DNA of 64,000 nucleotides. It comes from Spirochaetaceae bacterium (GTDB lineage Bacteria; Spirochaetota; Spirochaetia; DSM-27196; SLST01). The DNA is taken from contig SKQU01000127.1 in the NCBI GenBank assembly GCA_007118855.1, positions 5,660 to 69,659 on the forward strand, written 5' to 3'. The position numbers were made by a program, and so were the translations under genes. A model generated the notes under the pieces. It saw nothing but the letters and a program-made list of their open reading frames with translations, was not told where the DNA came from and ran no database searches. Of this stretch, positions 47,951-58,100 are shown in pieces. Within the stretch, counting starts at the first letter, position 1. Every line of letters starts with the position of its first letter.

Positions 47951-49053
47951 CGGTGGTTCCCTCTGCCCCGCTTCCCGGTTCTTCGCGCGCGGGCGCTACC
48001 AATCGCGGTGAAGGCACGCACCGCCGCGGACCGCACAAGTATCCCGGCTCCCGAGAGATAGAGGATCGGGATGAGGGTGGCTTCCGTCAAGAGCAATCCG
48101 GGCGGGGCCGCCGCGGAGGCGATCGCGACGGCGACCTGGGTGAGGGCCGCGATGCCGGCTACGGAGAGGACGAGCGCCATGGCGATACGGGCTGCCTGAA
48201 CGCGCCGCATCAGGCCCACGGTGAGCAGTGCGAAGACGATCAACTGGACGGTGTGGGTCACGAGGGAACTCGTGACTCCGCCGCCCGCCGTTCGGATCAC
48301 CAGCGAGAGCGACAGCAGAACCGCGCTCAGTCCGACCGAGAGGCTCCACAGGCGTCCGTCGTGGCGCAACGCCTGCTGGAGACGGGCGTACCGCTCAGGG
48401 CTGATCCACCGCGGCAGGCGTGGTGTGCGGCGTTCGGCCCGATCCGGCAAGGGCATCTGGACATGAGGAGGATCGGGGTGGAACGATGCGCCCGGGTAGA
48501 TTCGAAGCGGCGGGGGTACGCGGCTGGTGCTCGAGTCGGACTCGAGGAGCTGCGGATAGATGCCGTAGGGCCGGTCGGGCCCTACCATCGCGTCCACGAG
48601 GATCATGCGCCGTACCCGGTCAGGCACCCCGGCACGCGCTTCGATGAGGACCGAATCGCCGGGAACGAGGGTGACGTTTGCGGCAATCGGGTACCGGTAG
48701 TTCGGCACACCGGTACCCAGGTGCTGGCGCTGGATCGCGGTTGCGCCGAAGACGCCGCCCGGTTCGTCGGCGACGTAGATGACCTCGCCACCGGAGCTCG
48801 AGACCGTGGCCGGCACCACGTGCAACTCCGGATCGCGCAGGTCGTCATCGCTCTGGGAGTACTGGTAGAGCAACGTCAGCCCCGACTGTATGGGGACCGA
48901 CACCGTGTGATCGTAGGGGTTGGTGAGCGTGTACCGGACGATGATCTGCGGGCCGGGGGCGTCGCGCATGACCTCGATCGATTCCACACGTTTCTCGACC
49001 ACCTGTCCGTCTGCCGAGATGGGAGTGTAATACGAGCCCTCACCGCGAAACAT
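47947..49053 (-). CDS. Protein with N-terminal beta-rich soluble domain and C-terminal 4-TM region, function unknown
   Basis: 368 aa. No signal peptide. TM helices after residue 235 or so (LWSLSVGLSAVLLSLSLVI, QLIVFALLTVGLM, MALVLSVAGIAALTQVAVAIA, LIPILYLSGAGILV). Confidence 0.45.
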   Translation of the reverse strand: MFRGEGSYYTPISADGQVVEKRVESIEVMRDAPGPQIIVRYTLTNPYDHTVSVPIQSGLTLLYQYSQSDDDLRDPELHVVPATVSSSGGEVIYVADEPGGVFGATAIQRQHLGTGVPNYRYPIAANVTLVPGDSVLIEARAGVPDRVRRMILVDAMVGPDRPYGIYPQLLESDSSTSRVPPPLRIYPGASFHPDPPHVQMPLPDRAERRTPRLPRWISPERYARLQQALRHDGRLWSLSVGLSAVLLSLSLVIRTAGGGVTSSLVTHTVQLIVFALLTVGLMRRVQAARIAMALVLSVAGIAALTQVAVAIASAAAPPGLLLTEATLIPILYLSGAGILVRSAAVRAFTAIGSARARRTGKRGRGNHR

Positions 49054-49155
49054 CTCTGTGTACAGCTTCCCATACGACGGGCCGTGCGGTCAACCGCGCC
49101 GCGGCATGGACACAGCGCGTCGGGCCCCGTATCATGGCCCGGAGGTGCATGTGCG

Positions 49156-49851
49156 ATGCCGTCAGCAGTGAGAGTTTCGTCGGTCCATGTGGGTATGCCC
49201 GCGCGGTTCGGGCCCTCGGGAGAGCCGAGCGCGATCCACAAGAAACCGGTGTCCGCTCGCGTGTTCGTGACCGCCGCGGGGCTCGAGGGAGACGGGCACG
49301 GAGACACGATACACCACGGCGGGCCGGACAAGGCGGTGCATCACTATGCCTTCGACCACTACGAGTTCTGGGCGCAGACGTATCCGCAGGCGCAGGCGCA
49401 CTTCCGCGCGCCGGCCTTCTTTGGAGAGAACCTGAGCACAACCGGTGTGGTTGAAGCCGACGTCTGTGTTGGCGACGTCTACCGCGCCGGGAACGCGGTC
49501 CTGCAAGTGTCAGAGGTTCGACAGCCGTGCTGGAAGCTGTCACATCGCTGCGGCGTCCCCGGGTTTGCCCGTCGGGTTCAGGATACCGGACGTACCGGGT
49601 GGTACTACCGGGTGCTCGAACCGGGTTCGCTCGAAGCGGGCGATGCGATTGTCCTTGACGACCGCCCCCATCCGGAGTGGCCTCTGTCGCGAGTGCTCGA
49701 AGCGCTGTACGTGACGCCGCTCGATCCCCATGAGTTGAGGGCGATGACGGCACTGTCTGAGCTTGCCTCCGGTCAGCGTGCGGTCGCCGAACGTCGTCTG
49801 GAGACCGGGGTCGTGGAGGAGTGGGATGGTCGGCTCGAGGGCCGGCGTTGA
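49156..49851 (+). CDS. MOSC-domain protein (YiiM-like)
   Basis: 231 aa from ATG 49156 (RBS GGAGGTG). GLEGDGHGDTIHHGGPDKAV, QVSEVRQPCWKL (conserved Cys), C-terminal helical domain. The long upstream ORF extension is antisense to the membrane genes and is rejected. Confidence 0.8.
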   Translation: MPSAVRVSSVHVGMPARFGPSGEPSAIHKKPVSARVFVTAAGLEGDGHGDTIHHGGPDKAVHHYAFDHYEFWAQTYPQAQAHFRAPAFFGENLSTTGVVEADVCVGDVYRAGNAVLQVSEVRQPCWKLSHRCGVPGFARRVQDTGRTGWYYRVLEPGSLEAGDAIVLDDRPHPEWPLSRVLEALYVTPLDPHELRAMTALSELASGQRAVAERRLETGVVEEWDGRLEGRR

Positions 49852-49923
49852 CATTGAGGGCTCGCTCCGTTTGAACCGGGTGATATTCCTGAGTATCTTC
49901 AGCAGGAAGAAAGGAGTTTCGCC

Positions 49924-50508
49924 ATGGCTTTCACGCTCGAATCAGGCGCCAGAGCCCCCCTGTTCTCGCTCCCGGCGACCGATGGCAGGAGGTATTCGCT
50001 CGACGACTTCTCGGAGTCGCCGGTTCTCGTGGTCTTCTTCACCTGCAATCACTGTCCGTACGTCACGGGGTCTGATGAGGTGACCAGGGCGACCGCGGAG
50101 ACGTATGCTTCCAGAGGCGTTTCCTTCGTCGCGATCAACTCGAACGACACCGCCGCGCACCCGGACGACGACTTCGATCACATGGTCGCCCGCATGAAGG
50201 AGCACCGGTTTCCGTGGGTCTACCTGCACGATCAGACGCAGGATGTCGCACGGGCTTACGGTGCGCTGCGCACGCCTCACTTCTACGTGCTCGACAAGGA
50301 TCGCAGGCTGATCTACACGGGCCGAGGCGTCGATAATCCCAAGGACACGGACAGGATGACCGTGAACGACCTTGATCGCGCGCTTGCCGAGGTGACCGAC
50401 GGGAAGCCGATCAGCGTGCCGGTGACGAACCCCATCGGCTGTAATGTGAAGTGGCGCGGCCAGGATGCGCACTGGATGCCGCCGGAGGCGTGCGACCTGG
50501 TGCTCTGA
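49924..50508 (+). CDS. Thioredoxin-fold redoxin (AhpC/TSA-like, CxxC)
   Basis: 194 aa, [20 protein letters not shown]...[14 protein letters not shown] motif. [10 protein letters not shown]. Confidence 0.75.
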   Translation: MAFTLESGARAPLFSLPATDGRRYSLDDFSESPVLVVFFTCNHCPYVTGSDEVTRATAETYASRGVSFVAINSNDTAAHPDDDFDHMVARMKEHRFPWVYLHDQTQDVARAYGALRTPHFYVLDKDRRLIYTGRGVDNPKDTDRMTVNDLDRALAEVTDGKPISVPVTNPIGCNVKWRGQDAHWMPPEACDLVL

Positions 50509-50520
50509 TCACCCGTCGGG

Positions 50521-50859
50521 TCATCCGTCGCACGGCGCCTCTTCGGCTGCACGCGGTCGGTCTGTAGTGTGACGCCATCGTTCGGCTATGACCGGCGCGT
50601 ATTCCTGGTGCCGGTCTGCGTATGTCTGCACGAAGGGGCAGCTCGGCACGACCTGTTTGCCGTGTGCCCGGGCGTACTCGAGCGCGCTCCTGATGATCGC
50701 GGTCGCGATCCCTCTCCCCCGAATCTCGTTCGGTGTGTAGGTGTGCGAGTAGTCGAGCAAGCCGTCGGGCAGCTCGTAGTACTCGAGGTACGCCTCGTGT
50801 CCGAGCTCCCGGACGACGAACCGGTGCCTTTCCGTGTCATGAATCACTGAATGCTGCAT
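50521..50859 (-). CDS. Small GNAT-like acetyltransferase (YjdJ-type)
   Basis: 112 aa from ATG 50859 (RBS AAGGAGGAG). RGRGIATAIIRSALEYARAHGKQVVPSCPFV matches the GNAT-like acetyl-CoA site of this small family. Confidence 0.65.
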   Translation of the reverse strand: MQHSVIHDTERHRFVVRELGHEAYLEYYELPDGLLDYSHTYTPNEIRGRGIATAIIRSALEYARAHGKQVVPSCPFVQTYADRHQEYAPVIAERWRHTTDRPRAAEEAPCDG

Positions 50860-50970
50860 GACTGCTCCTCCTTCGGTTCGCACTAGGACGAAACCGCTGG
50901 TATACTCGGTAGACTGGAGATCGATTGCAGGCAAGGGAGGGCGACTCGCCGGCGGTGCTCTTCTCGGTTC

Positions 50971-52152
50971 TCATGCCACCGGCTCCTGCTCGCCCTTCGT
51001 CGCGAGCCGCTTGCGGGCGGGGCACCGCGGCGCCTCCTTGAACCAGTAACAGTGCGGTTCGCAGTGCCGGCACGGCTCGATGGGCCGCTCGTCGAGCCCG
51101 AGCGCCTTGCGCGCCCATGCCGGATCGGCGAGCGTGCCGCGCCCGACGGCCACCAGGTCGGCGATGCCGGCGATGACTGCACGGGCGGCATGGGCGGGGG
51201 TGCGTATTCCCCCGACGCCGATGACCGGGACCGAGACGGCAGTCTTCGCGATTGCCGCGAGCCTCAAGGTGGACGACCAGCCGTCTGCCTCGTCGGCCCG
51301 CCCGGAGCCCTTCGCCGCGAAGTTCGCCGCGAAGCTCGCCGCGATCTGCGAGGCAAGCTCATCATCGATTGGCCCGCCGTGCGAGACGTCCAGCAGATCA
51401 GCTCCCGCCTGCTCCGCTGCGATCGCGGCGACACACCCCTCCTCGAGCGACAGCGAGCTCGGCGGGCTCGCGGCGAGCCCGAGCCGGACGGTGAGCGCGG
51501 CGGAGTCCGCGCGTCCCGCACGGGAGATTTCGTGGCGAACCGATCTCAACGCCTCGAGGAGGAAGCTCCGGCGGGAGTCCGGAGAGCCGCCCCACCGGTC
51601 TGGGCGCCGATTCGTGTCGGGCGAGAGGAACTGGCTGATGAGGTACCCGTGGGCGCCGTGCAGCTCGATCACGCGGAACCCCGCGTCGAGCGCGCGCCGG
51701 GCGGCATGGGCGAAGGAGGCGATCGTGTGCTCGATGTCCTTCGCACTCATCTCAGTCGCTGCGTCAGGGGAACCTCTGACGAGCGACGGGACCCGTGGGG
51801 GCAGCCCGCAGGTGTTCTTGAGGCTGGTGCTGCCGCCTGCGTGATGAAGCTGGATGCCGGGCAGGCCGCCGGCGTCCGCGATGACGCGGGCGAGGCGGCT
51901 GAGTCCGACGATCTGGTCGTCGGACCATGCCCCGAGCTGGGTGGCGGCGAGACGGCCCTCCGGCGCGATCGCGGTTGCCTCCACGACGATCAGCCCGGGG
52001 CCTGCGGAGCGCCGGTAGTGCGCGACGTGGTAGTCGGTGACCATGCCGGTCTCGTCGGCCTTCCAGATGACGAGCGGTGGCATCACGATGCGGTTGGGCG
52101 CGGTGAGCGGGCCGATTCGGACCGGCTGGGAGAGGACGTCTGCGTGCTGCAT
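50971..52152 (-). CDS. NADH:flavin oxidoreductase (Old Yellow Enzyme family) with C-terminal Cys cluster
   Basis: 393 aa from ATG 52152. PNRIVMPPL, ELHGAHGYLISQFLSP TIM-barrel motifs. C-terminal CRHCEPHCYWFKEAPRC (C-x2-C-x3-C-x8-C). Confidence 0.85.
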   Translation of the reverse strand: MQHADVLSQPVRIGPLTAPNRIVMPPLVIWKADETGMVTDYHVAHYRRSAGPGLIVVEATAIAPEGRLAATQLGAWSDDQIVGLSRLARVIADAGGLPGIQLHHAGGSTSLKNTCGLPPRVPSLVRGSPDAATEMSAKDIEHTIASFAHAARRALDAGFRVIELHGAHGYLISQFLSPDTNRRPDRWGGSPDSRRSFLLEALRSVRHEISRAGRADSAALTVRLGLAASPPSSLSLEEGCVAAIAAEQAGADLLDVSHGGPIDDELASQIAASFAANFAAKGSGRADEADGWSSTLRLAAIAKTAVSVPVIGVGGIRTPAHAARAVIAGIADLVAVGRGTLADPAWARKALGLDERPIEPCRHCEPHCYWFKEAPRCPARKRLATKGEQEPVA

Positions 52153-52244
52153 GGTACAGGGAAGTATACCAGGGATGATCCCGTCACCCAAGGCGCGACC
52201 GCCGGCATGGGAATGAGTACTATACGCCGAGGAGGCGAAGCAGT

Positions 52245-53243
52245 ATGTCAGAGATCACCACAACCGTCGTCGGCAGCTACCCGGTTCCCGAGTGGCTGCG
52301 CGCCTATCCGTCCGCGCCCAACCTGCGTGACGCCATTCTCACCGTGCTCAAGACTCAGGAGCTCGCGGGAATCGAGGTCGTCACCGACGGCGAGCTCTCT
52401 CGCTGGAGCGTGAATCATCCGGATACCAACGGGATGATCGAGACCTTCATTGCGCCGCTCGCAGGCGTTCGGACCCGTCTGTCACGCCACGAAATCGCCG
52501 AGTTTCGCTCCATGCCCGGGATGGGCTTTCGTGCGATGCCGGCGGGCGTCGTCGAGGGGCCCCTCACCGAAGGCCTGCTCGATCTGGTTGCCGAATGGCG
52601 TTCCATCCGGGATCTCGCATCGGCGACGCTCAAGTTCACGGTAACCTCTCCCTACATGCTCGCGCGAACGCTGCTCGACCATCACTACCGCGATCTGCCC
52701 ACGCTGACCGCGGCGATCGCCTCCGCGCTCGCGAAGCAGGTTTCGGGGATCGACGCGGCCGTCGTGCAGGTGGATGAGGCGAACCTTCCCGGCAATCCCG
52801 GCGACGGGACCTGGGCGCACGAGCCGATCAACACGGTCCTGGACGCGATCACGGGGGCAAAGGGAATGCACTTCTGCTTCGGCAACTACGGCGGGCAGAG
52901 CATTCAGAGCGGCACATGGGACGACCTGATCGAGTTTTTCAACAAGCTCCATCTCGATCACCTGGTGCTGGAGTTTGCGCGCCGGGGGTACGGGGAGCTC
53001 GAGCGGTTCGGCAGCCTCCGGGAGGACATCCACCTCGGGATCGGCGTGATCGACATCAAGGACAACGAGGTGGAGACGGCGGAAATCGTGGCGAGGAGAA
53101 TCGAGGAAGCGGTCAGGGTGCTCGGACCCGAGCGGGTCCGCTGGGTGCACCCCGACTGCGGATTCTGGATGCTGCCACGCAGCATCGCAGACCGTAAGAT
53201 GGTGAGCCTCGTTGCGGGCCGGGATCTCTACCTGGGTCGCTGA
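52245..53243 (+). CDS. Cobalamin-independent methionine synthase-like protein (short MetE catalytic-domain form)
   Basis: 332 aa. TTVVGSYPVPEWL, VQVDEANL, HFCFGNYGG, VHPDCGFW (Zn-ligand His/Cys pattern of the MetE C-domain family). Confidence 0.75.
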   Translation: MSEITTTVVGSYPVPEWLRAYPSAPNLRDAILTVLKTQELAGIEVVTDGELSRWSVNHPDTNGMIETFIAPLAGVRTRLSRHEIAEFRSMPGMGFRAMPAGVVEGPLTEGLLDLVAEWRSIRDLASATLKFTVTSPYMLARTLLDHHYRDLPTLTAAIASALAKQVSGIDAAVVQVDEANLPGNPGDGTWAHEPINTVLDAITGAKGMHFCFGNYGGQSIQSGTWDDLIEFFNKLHLDHLVLEFARRGYGELERFGSLREDIHLGIGVIDIKDNEVETAEIVARRIEEAVRVLGPERVRWVHPDCGFWMLPRSIADRKMVSLVAGRDLYLGR

Positions 53244-53279
53244 GGAGTTCCGCGACCTGAACCACAGGCCGCGGATGCA

Positions 53280-53309
53280 CGGCCGCCGCGAGCTGCTGCG
53301 AGGCGGCCG
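53280..53309. terminator. Hairpin between convergent metE-like and hydA genes
   Basis: CGGCCGCC (53280-53287) pairs with GGCGGCCG (53302-53309), with a 14-nt loop. No U-tract. Confidence 0.4.
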
Positions 53310-53314
53310 GCGGG

Positions 53315-55102
53315 CTACACGACCTGCCGGGCCACGTACTTCGTGTGCAGCAGGTGGTGGGAGCGTTCGCCGAGCGGTGCCTTCAGGTAGCGCTCGTAGA
53401 TCTCCGAGATCTGCGGGTTGAGGTGCGACTTGCGCAGCTCCTTCCCCTCGTCCTCGCGGTAGATCGCGGCGATACGCTTGCGCCGGACCTCGTCGGTCGT
53501 CATGCGCGGCTGCCCGCCGCCCCCAATGCATCCGCCCGGGCAGGTCATGATCTCGACGAAGTGGTACTCGCGCTGACCGCTCTTGATCTCTTTGATGAGC
53601 TGCGCTGTGTTGCCGAGCCCATGCGCGACTGCCACCTTGAGCTCCACGCCGTCGAGGAAGCTCCAGTCCGGAAGGGGATCCTCTATGACCAGCGACGCTT
53701 CCTTGATGCCGGCGAGCCCTGCCACCGGTTCGACGTGCAGATTCCCGGTCGGCAACTCGCGACCGGTCACGAGCTCCCACGCGGTGCGAAGCGCCGCCTC
53801 CATGACCCCGCCCGAGTTCGCGAAAATGTCCGCAGCACCCGAGCTCAACCCCATGGGGGCGTCCATCTCGTCGTCGGGCAGCGATCGGAAGTCGATGCCC
53901 GCGGAGGCGATCATCCTCCCGAGCTCCCGCGTCGTGAGAACGTAGTCCACGTCCCGGTAGCCGCTGGCATTCATCTCGTCGCGCGTGGCCTCGAACTTCT
54001 TGGCCGTACACGGCATCACCGACACGACGACCATCTTCTCCGGGTCCACTCCGGCCTGCTCGGCGTAGTAGGTCTTCGCCAGGGCGCCGAACATCTGTTG
54101 CGGCGACTTGCAGGTCGAGAGGTTGGGGAGCATCTCCGGGTAGAAGTACTCGGCGAACTGGATCCAGCCCGGCGAACAGCTCGTGAACTGCGGCAGCGCG
54201 CTGGGTCCGTGGTATCCCTCGGCCTTCCCGGTCAGTGCCGCCTTGAGTCGCATGAGCAGCTCCGTTCCCTCCTCCATGATGGTCAGGTCGGCGGTGAAGT
54301 TCGTGTCGAACACGGCGTGGAAGCCGATCTCGCGCAGCGCGCTCACCATCTTCCCGGTGACCAGCGTGCCCGGCTCGTACCCGAAGCACTCACCGAGCGC
54401 GGCGCGAACGGCCGGAGCGGTCTGGACGACCACGTGTTTCTCCGGATCGTCGAGCGCGCGCCACACACCCTCTATGTGGCTCGCCTCGCTGATCGCGCCG
54501 ACGGGGCAGACCGCGGCGCACTGGCCGCACTGGACGCAGGCGACCGAGTCGAGGTCCATGGCGAAGGCTGGTCCGACCACCGTGTCGTATCCCCGGTACT
54601 GGGGAAAGAGCGCGCCGATCTGCTGCACCTCGTTGCAGACGGTGACGCATCGGCGGCATTTGATGCACTTGCCGGAGTCGCGGATGAGCCCCGGTGTGCT
54701 CGTGTCGAGAACCGACGGGACGCGTTCGCCCTCGTACTCCGGCGCTTCGATCGTCAGATCGTGGGCGATCTCCTTCAGCTCACAGTCCACGCTGCGGTCG
54801 CAGTACTGGCAGTTCCCCTCGTGTTCGCTCAAGAGCAGATCGATCACCGTTCGGCGAGACTGCCGCGCACGGCGGGAGTTCGTGTTGACGACCATGTTGT
54901 CCGTCACGGGCGTTGCGCAGGCGGCCTGGAGTGTCCGCGCGCCCTCAACCTCAACGACGCAGACCCGGCAGGCGCCGAGCGGCGCCCGGTGCTCGAGGAA
55001 GCAGAGGGTGGGAATGGACACCCCTGCCTGCCGGGCGGCGTCGAGTATGGTCGACCCTTCGGCGATCTGAACGTCTTTTCCGTTAATCGTCACGTTATAC
55101 AC
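53315..55102 (-). CDS. hydA: [FeFe]-hydrogenase catalytic subunit (CpI-like M3 architecture)
   Basis: 595 aa. N-terminal 2Fe-2S (CxxxxxxxxxxCxxC), His-ligated 4Fe-4S (HEGNCQYCDRSVDC), 2x 4Fe-4S (CIKCRRCVTVC; CVQCGQCAAVCP). H-domain motifs FTSCSPGW (variant L1), MPCTAKKFE, EIMTCPGGCIGGGGQP. Confidence 0.9.
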   Translation of the reverse strand: MYNVTINGKDVQIAEGSTILDAARQAGVSIPTLCFLEHRAPLGACRVCVVEVEGARTLQAACATPVTDNMVVNTNSRRARQSRRTVIDLLLSEHEGNCQYCDRSVDCELKEIAHDLTIEAPEYEGERVPSVLDTSTPGLIRDSGKCIKCRRCVTVCNEVQQIGALFPQYRGYDTVVGPAFAMDLDSVACVQCGQCAAVCPVGAISEASHIEGVWRALDDPEKHVVVQTAPAVRAALGECFGYEPGTLVTGKMVSALREIGFHAVFDTNFTADLTIMEEGTELLMRLKAALTGKAEGYHGPSALPQFTSCSPGWIQFAEYFYPEMLPNLSTCKSPQQMFGALAKTYYAEQAGVDPEKMVVVSVMPCTAKKFEATRDEMNASGYRDVDYVLTTRELGRMIASAGIDFRSLPDDEMDAPMGLSSGAADIFANSGGVMEAALRTAWELVTGRELPTGNLHVEPVAGLAGIKEASLVIEDPLPDWSFLDGVELKVAVAHGLGNTAQLIKEIKSGQREYHFVEIMTCPGGCIGGGGQPRMTTDEVRRKRIAAIYREDEGKELRKSHLNPQISEIYERYLKAPLGERSHHLLHTKYVARQVV

Positions 55103-58100
55103 GGAGTTCCTCCCGGACTGGTTCTACCTGGGCCGCTGCCGGCTTTCCGTAATCGCAGCGCAGGCAACGCTTGGCCTGGCGCAGGGCGACCGCCTCGCAC
55201 CAGGATTGTTCAACCTCGTCGAAGTTATGACGCCGTCGTCCGACTTCGATCGTCTGATACGGCTCTCGCGGATACGGCGCAGGGTCGGCCTCGGAGTCGA
55301 ATGCGGTGTCGATGGTCTCTGCCTTGCGCCAGAAGGCATGCGACTCTCCCGTCAGGTACAGATCGATTCCGACCGCGGCTCGCTCTCCGGCGGCAATCGC
55401 CGTGACTACGGAGGCGGGTCCGCTCGCCGCATCACCGCCTGCAAAGATCCACGGCACGCTCGTCTGGCCGGTCAGCGGATGGATGCCGATGAAGCCGTCG
55501 GGGGTCATCTCGAGCTCGCTCCCGAGCGCCAGGTCGGGCTGCACGAGCGGCGTGAGATCGAGTGTCTGGCCAATCGCCACGATGACCTGGTCCGCCGGCA
55601 GCTCGAATTCGTCGTGCTCGGAGCGCTGCGGCCGGCGTCGTCCCGAACGGTCGAACTCGCCGAGTGTCATGCGGGCGCACGTGATCGTCCGTGCCTTGCC
55701 TTCCTCGTCCACGTTGACCCGAAGCGGCTGGGTCAGGTCACGGAGCTCGACGCCTTCGTGCAGCGCTTCTTCGATCTCCTCGGCGTAGGCCGGCATCTGC
55801 TCGCGCGTGCGGCGGTAGATGACCGTGACCGTTTCGGCGCCGAGCCGAAGCGCGGTGCGTGCCGCATCGATCGCGGCGTTGCCGCCACCGACGACGACCG
55901 TGTTCTTGCCGACCGGAACCGAGCCGCGGATGTTGTACTGGCGCAGGTAGTCTCCTGCGAGGACCACCCCGTCGGCGTCCTCTCCCGGTACTCCCATGGC
56001 CTGGCAGCCCGGGGCTCCCACGCCGAGGAAAACGGTGTCGTACCCGTCGTCCTGCAGGCTGCCGAGGGTGAAGTCGCGGCCGAGCGCGGTTCCCGTCCGG
56101 ATTTCGACGCCGAGCTGCTCGATCATGCGAATTTCGCGCGCGAGCGTCTCGCGCGGAAGCCGGTACGCGGGAATCGTCTGAACGAGCATGCCGCCGGGTC
56201 GGGACTCGGCCTCAAAGACCGTGGGGCGGTACCCGAGGCGCGCAAGGAAGTACGCGCAGGAGAGGCCCGCGGGCCCCGCGCCGACGATCGCGATCTTTCG
56301 TTTCTCGTTCTCCGGCGATTCGCGGACCTCGGGCGTCTGGATGACGACTTCCTGGTCAACCATGAACCTCTTGACCGCGCGGATGGCTACCGGCTCGTCG
56401 AGCGAGGATCGTCGGCAGTGGTCCTCGCAGGTGTGGAAGCAGACCCGGGCGCAGACGGCCGCGAAGGGATTGCGCTCGCGGTGTACCTGCAGCGCCTCCG
56501 CGTACCGCCGTTCGGCGATCAGGGAGACGAAGCCGGGGACGTCCACGCCGGCCGGACACGCGCTCTGGCAGGGTGCGCGTACCAGCCCCGGGCAGACTCC
56601 TGCCTCGCAGTGCTTCTCCCGGATGTGCGCCTCGTACTCGTGGCGGAAGTGACGAATCGTGGAGAGCACGGGATTGGGCGCCGTCTGTCCGAGCCCGCAG
56701 AGCGAGGTGTCCTTGATCCGCTCTCCGAGTTCGATGAGGCGGTCGATATCGTCCGGTCTGCCGTGGCCGGAGGTGATTCTGTCGAGGATTTCGAGCATCC
56801 GCCGTGTGCCGACGCGACACGGGACGCACTTCCCGCACGACTCCTCCTGGACGAACTCGAGGAAGTAGCGCGCCACGTCGACCATGCAGGTCTCGTCGTC
56901 CATCACGATGAGTCCGCCCGAACCCATGATTGCTCCGAGCTCCTGGAGCGACTCGTAGTCGAGCGGAATGTTCAGATGCTCGCGCGGCACGCAGCCGCCG
57001 GAGGGGCCGCCGATCTGTGCGGCCTTGAATGCGCGTCCGCCCCGGACGCCGCCGCCTATGTCGTAGATCAGCTCACCAAGGGTCGTGCCAATGGGAACCT
57101 CAACGAGACCGGTATTCTCAACGGCTCCCGCGAGCGCGAAGACCTTCGTGCCGGGGCTGTCAGCGGTCCCGATAGCCCGCCATTGTCCTCCGCGCGTCAT
57201 GATGGCGGCGACATTGGCGTAGGTCTCGACGTTGTTCAGGACGCTCGGCCTTCCCCAGAGCCCTTTCTGGGCGGGAAAGGGCGGTCGCGGGCGCGGCTCG
57301 CCGCGCTTGCCTTCGATCGAGTTCATCAGTGCGGTCTCTTCTCCGCAGACGAAGGCGCCTGATCCCTTGCGGATCTCCAGGTCGAACGAGAACCCGCTGC
57401 CGAGGATATCCTCGCCGAGCAGCCCGTATTCGCGGGCCTGGCCGAGTGCGACCTCGAGCCGCTCAATGGCAAGCGGGTACTCGGCGCGAACGTAGACGAA
57501 CCCGCGGACTGCGCCGATCGCCCGTGCGGCGATCGTCATTCCCTCGATCAGGCTGTGCGGATCGCCTTCGAGAATGCTGCGATCCATGAACGCGCCGGGA
57601 TCACCCTCGTCGGCGTTGCAGATCACGTACTTCGCACCGTCCTCCGACTGCGCGTCGCGCGTGAACCGCCACTTCATCCAGGTGGGAAATCCGGCGCCTC
57701 CGCGTCCCCGCAGGCCGGATTCCCTCATCCGCTCGATGATCGCGTCGGGGTCGAGCTTCAGGGCCTCCGCGAGCGCCGCGTACGCCTCATGCGAGATCGC
57801 ATCGTCAATACTGCCCGGGTCCACCGTACCGCAACGTGCAAGGACCGTGCGCGTCTGCGCGTCGAGGAAGGTCTGCACGTCGTCGACCGCATCCCGTTCC
57901 TTGCCGGACAGCGCCTCCTCGATGATACGGTCGATGTCCTGCGGCTCCACATGCGTGTAGCTTCGGCCGGAGGGCAGGACCGTGACGACCGGGCCGCGCG
58001 AGCACGGCCCCATGCAGCCGGTCCCCACGAGCTCGACGGTGCCGTTGCGTTCCGCCAACCGCGCCCGCAGGCGCTCGAGCACCTCGTCGGCCCCTGATGC

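Noticed and set aside
47884-49155. N-terminal 424 codons of the 655-aa plus-strand ORF ending at 49851
   Set aside because: Only the last 231 codons match the MOSC family, and these are preceded by a GGAGGTG RBS at ATG 49156. The upstream part is antisense to the two membrane-protein genes.
52153-52244. Riboswitch (SAM or cobalamin) upstream of the MetE-like gene
   Set aside because: The divergent intergenic region is only 92 nt and must also hold two promoters. That is too short for those riboswitch classes, and I saw none of their conserved cores.
52482-57362. Several 600-700-aa ORFs (52482-54389 minus, 53345-55405 plus, 55206-57362 plus)
   Set aside because: All are antisense or out-of-frame relative to the metE-like, hydA and hydB genes, whose Fe-S, flavin and H-cluster motifs fix the true frames.
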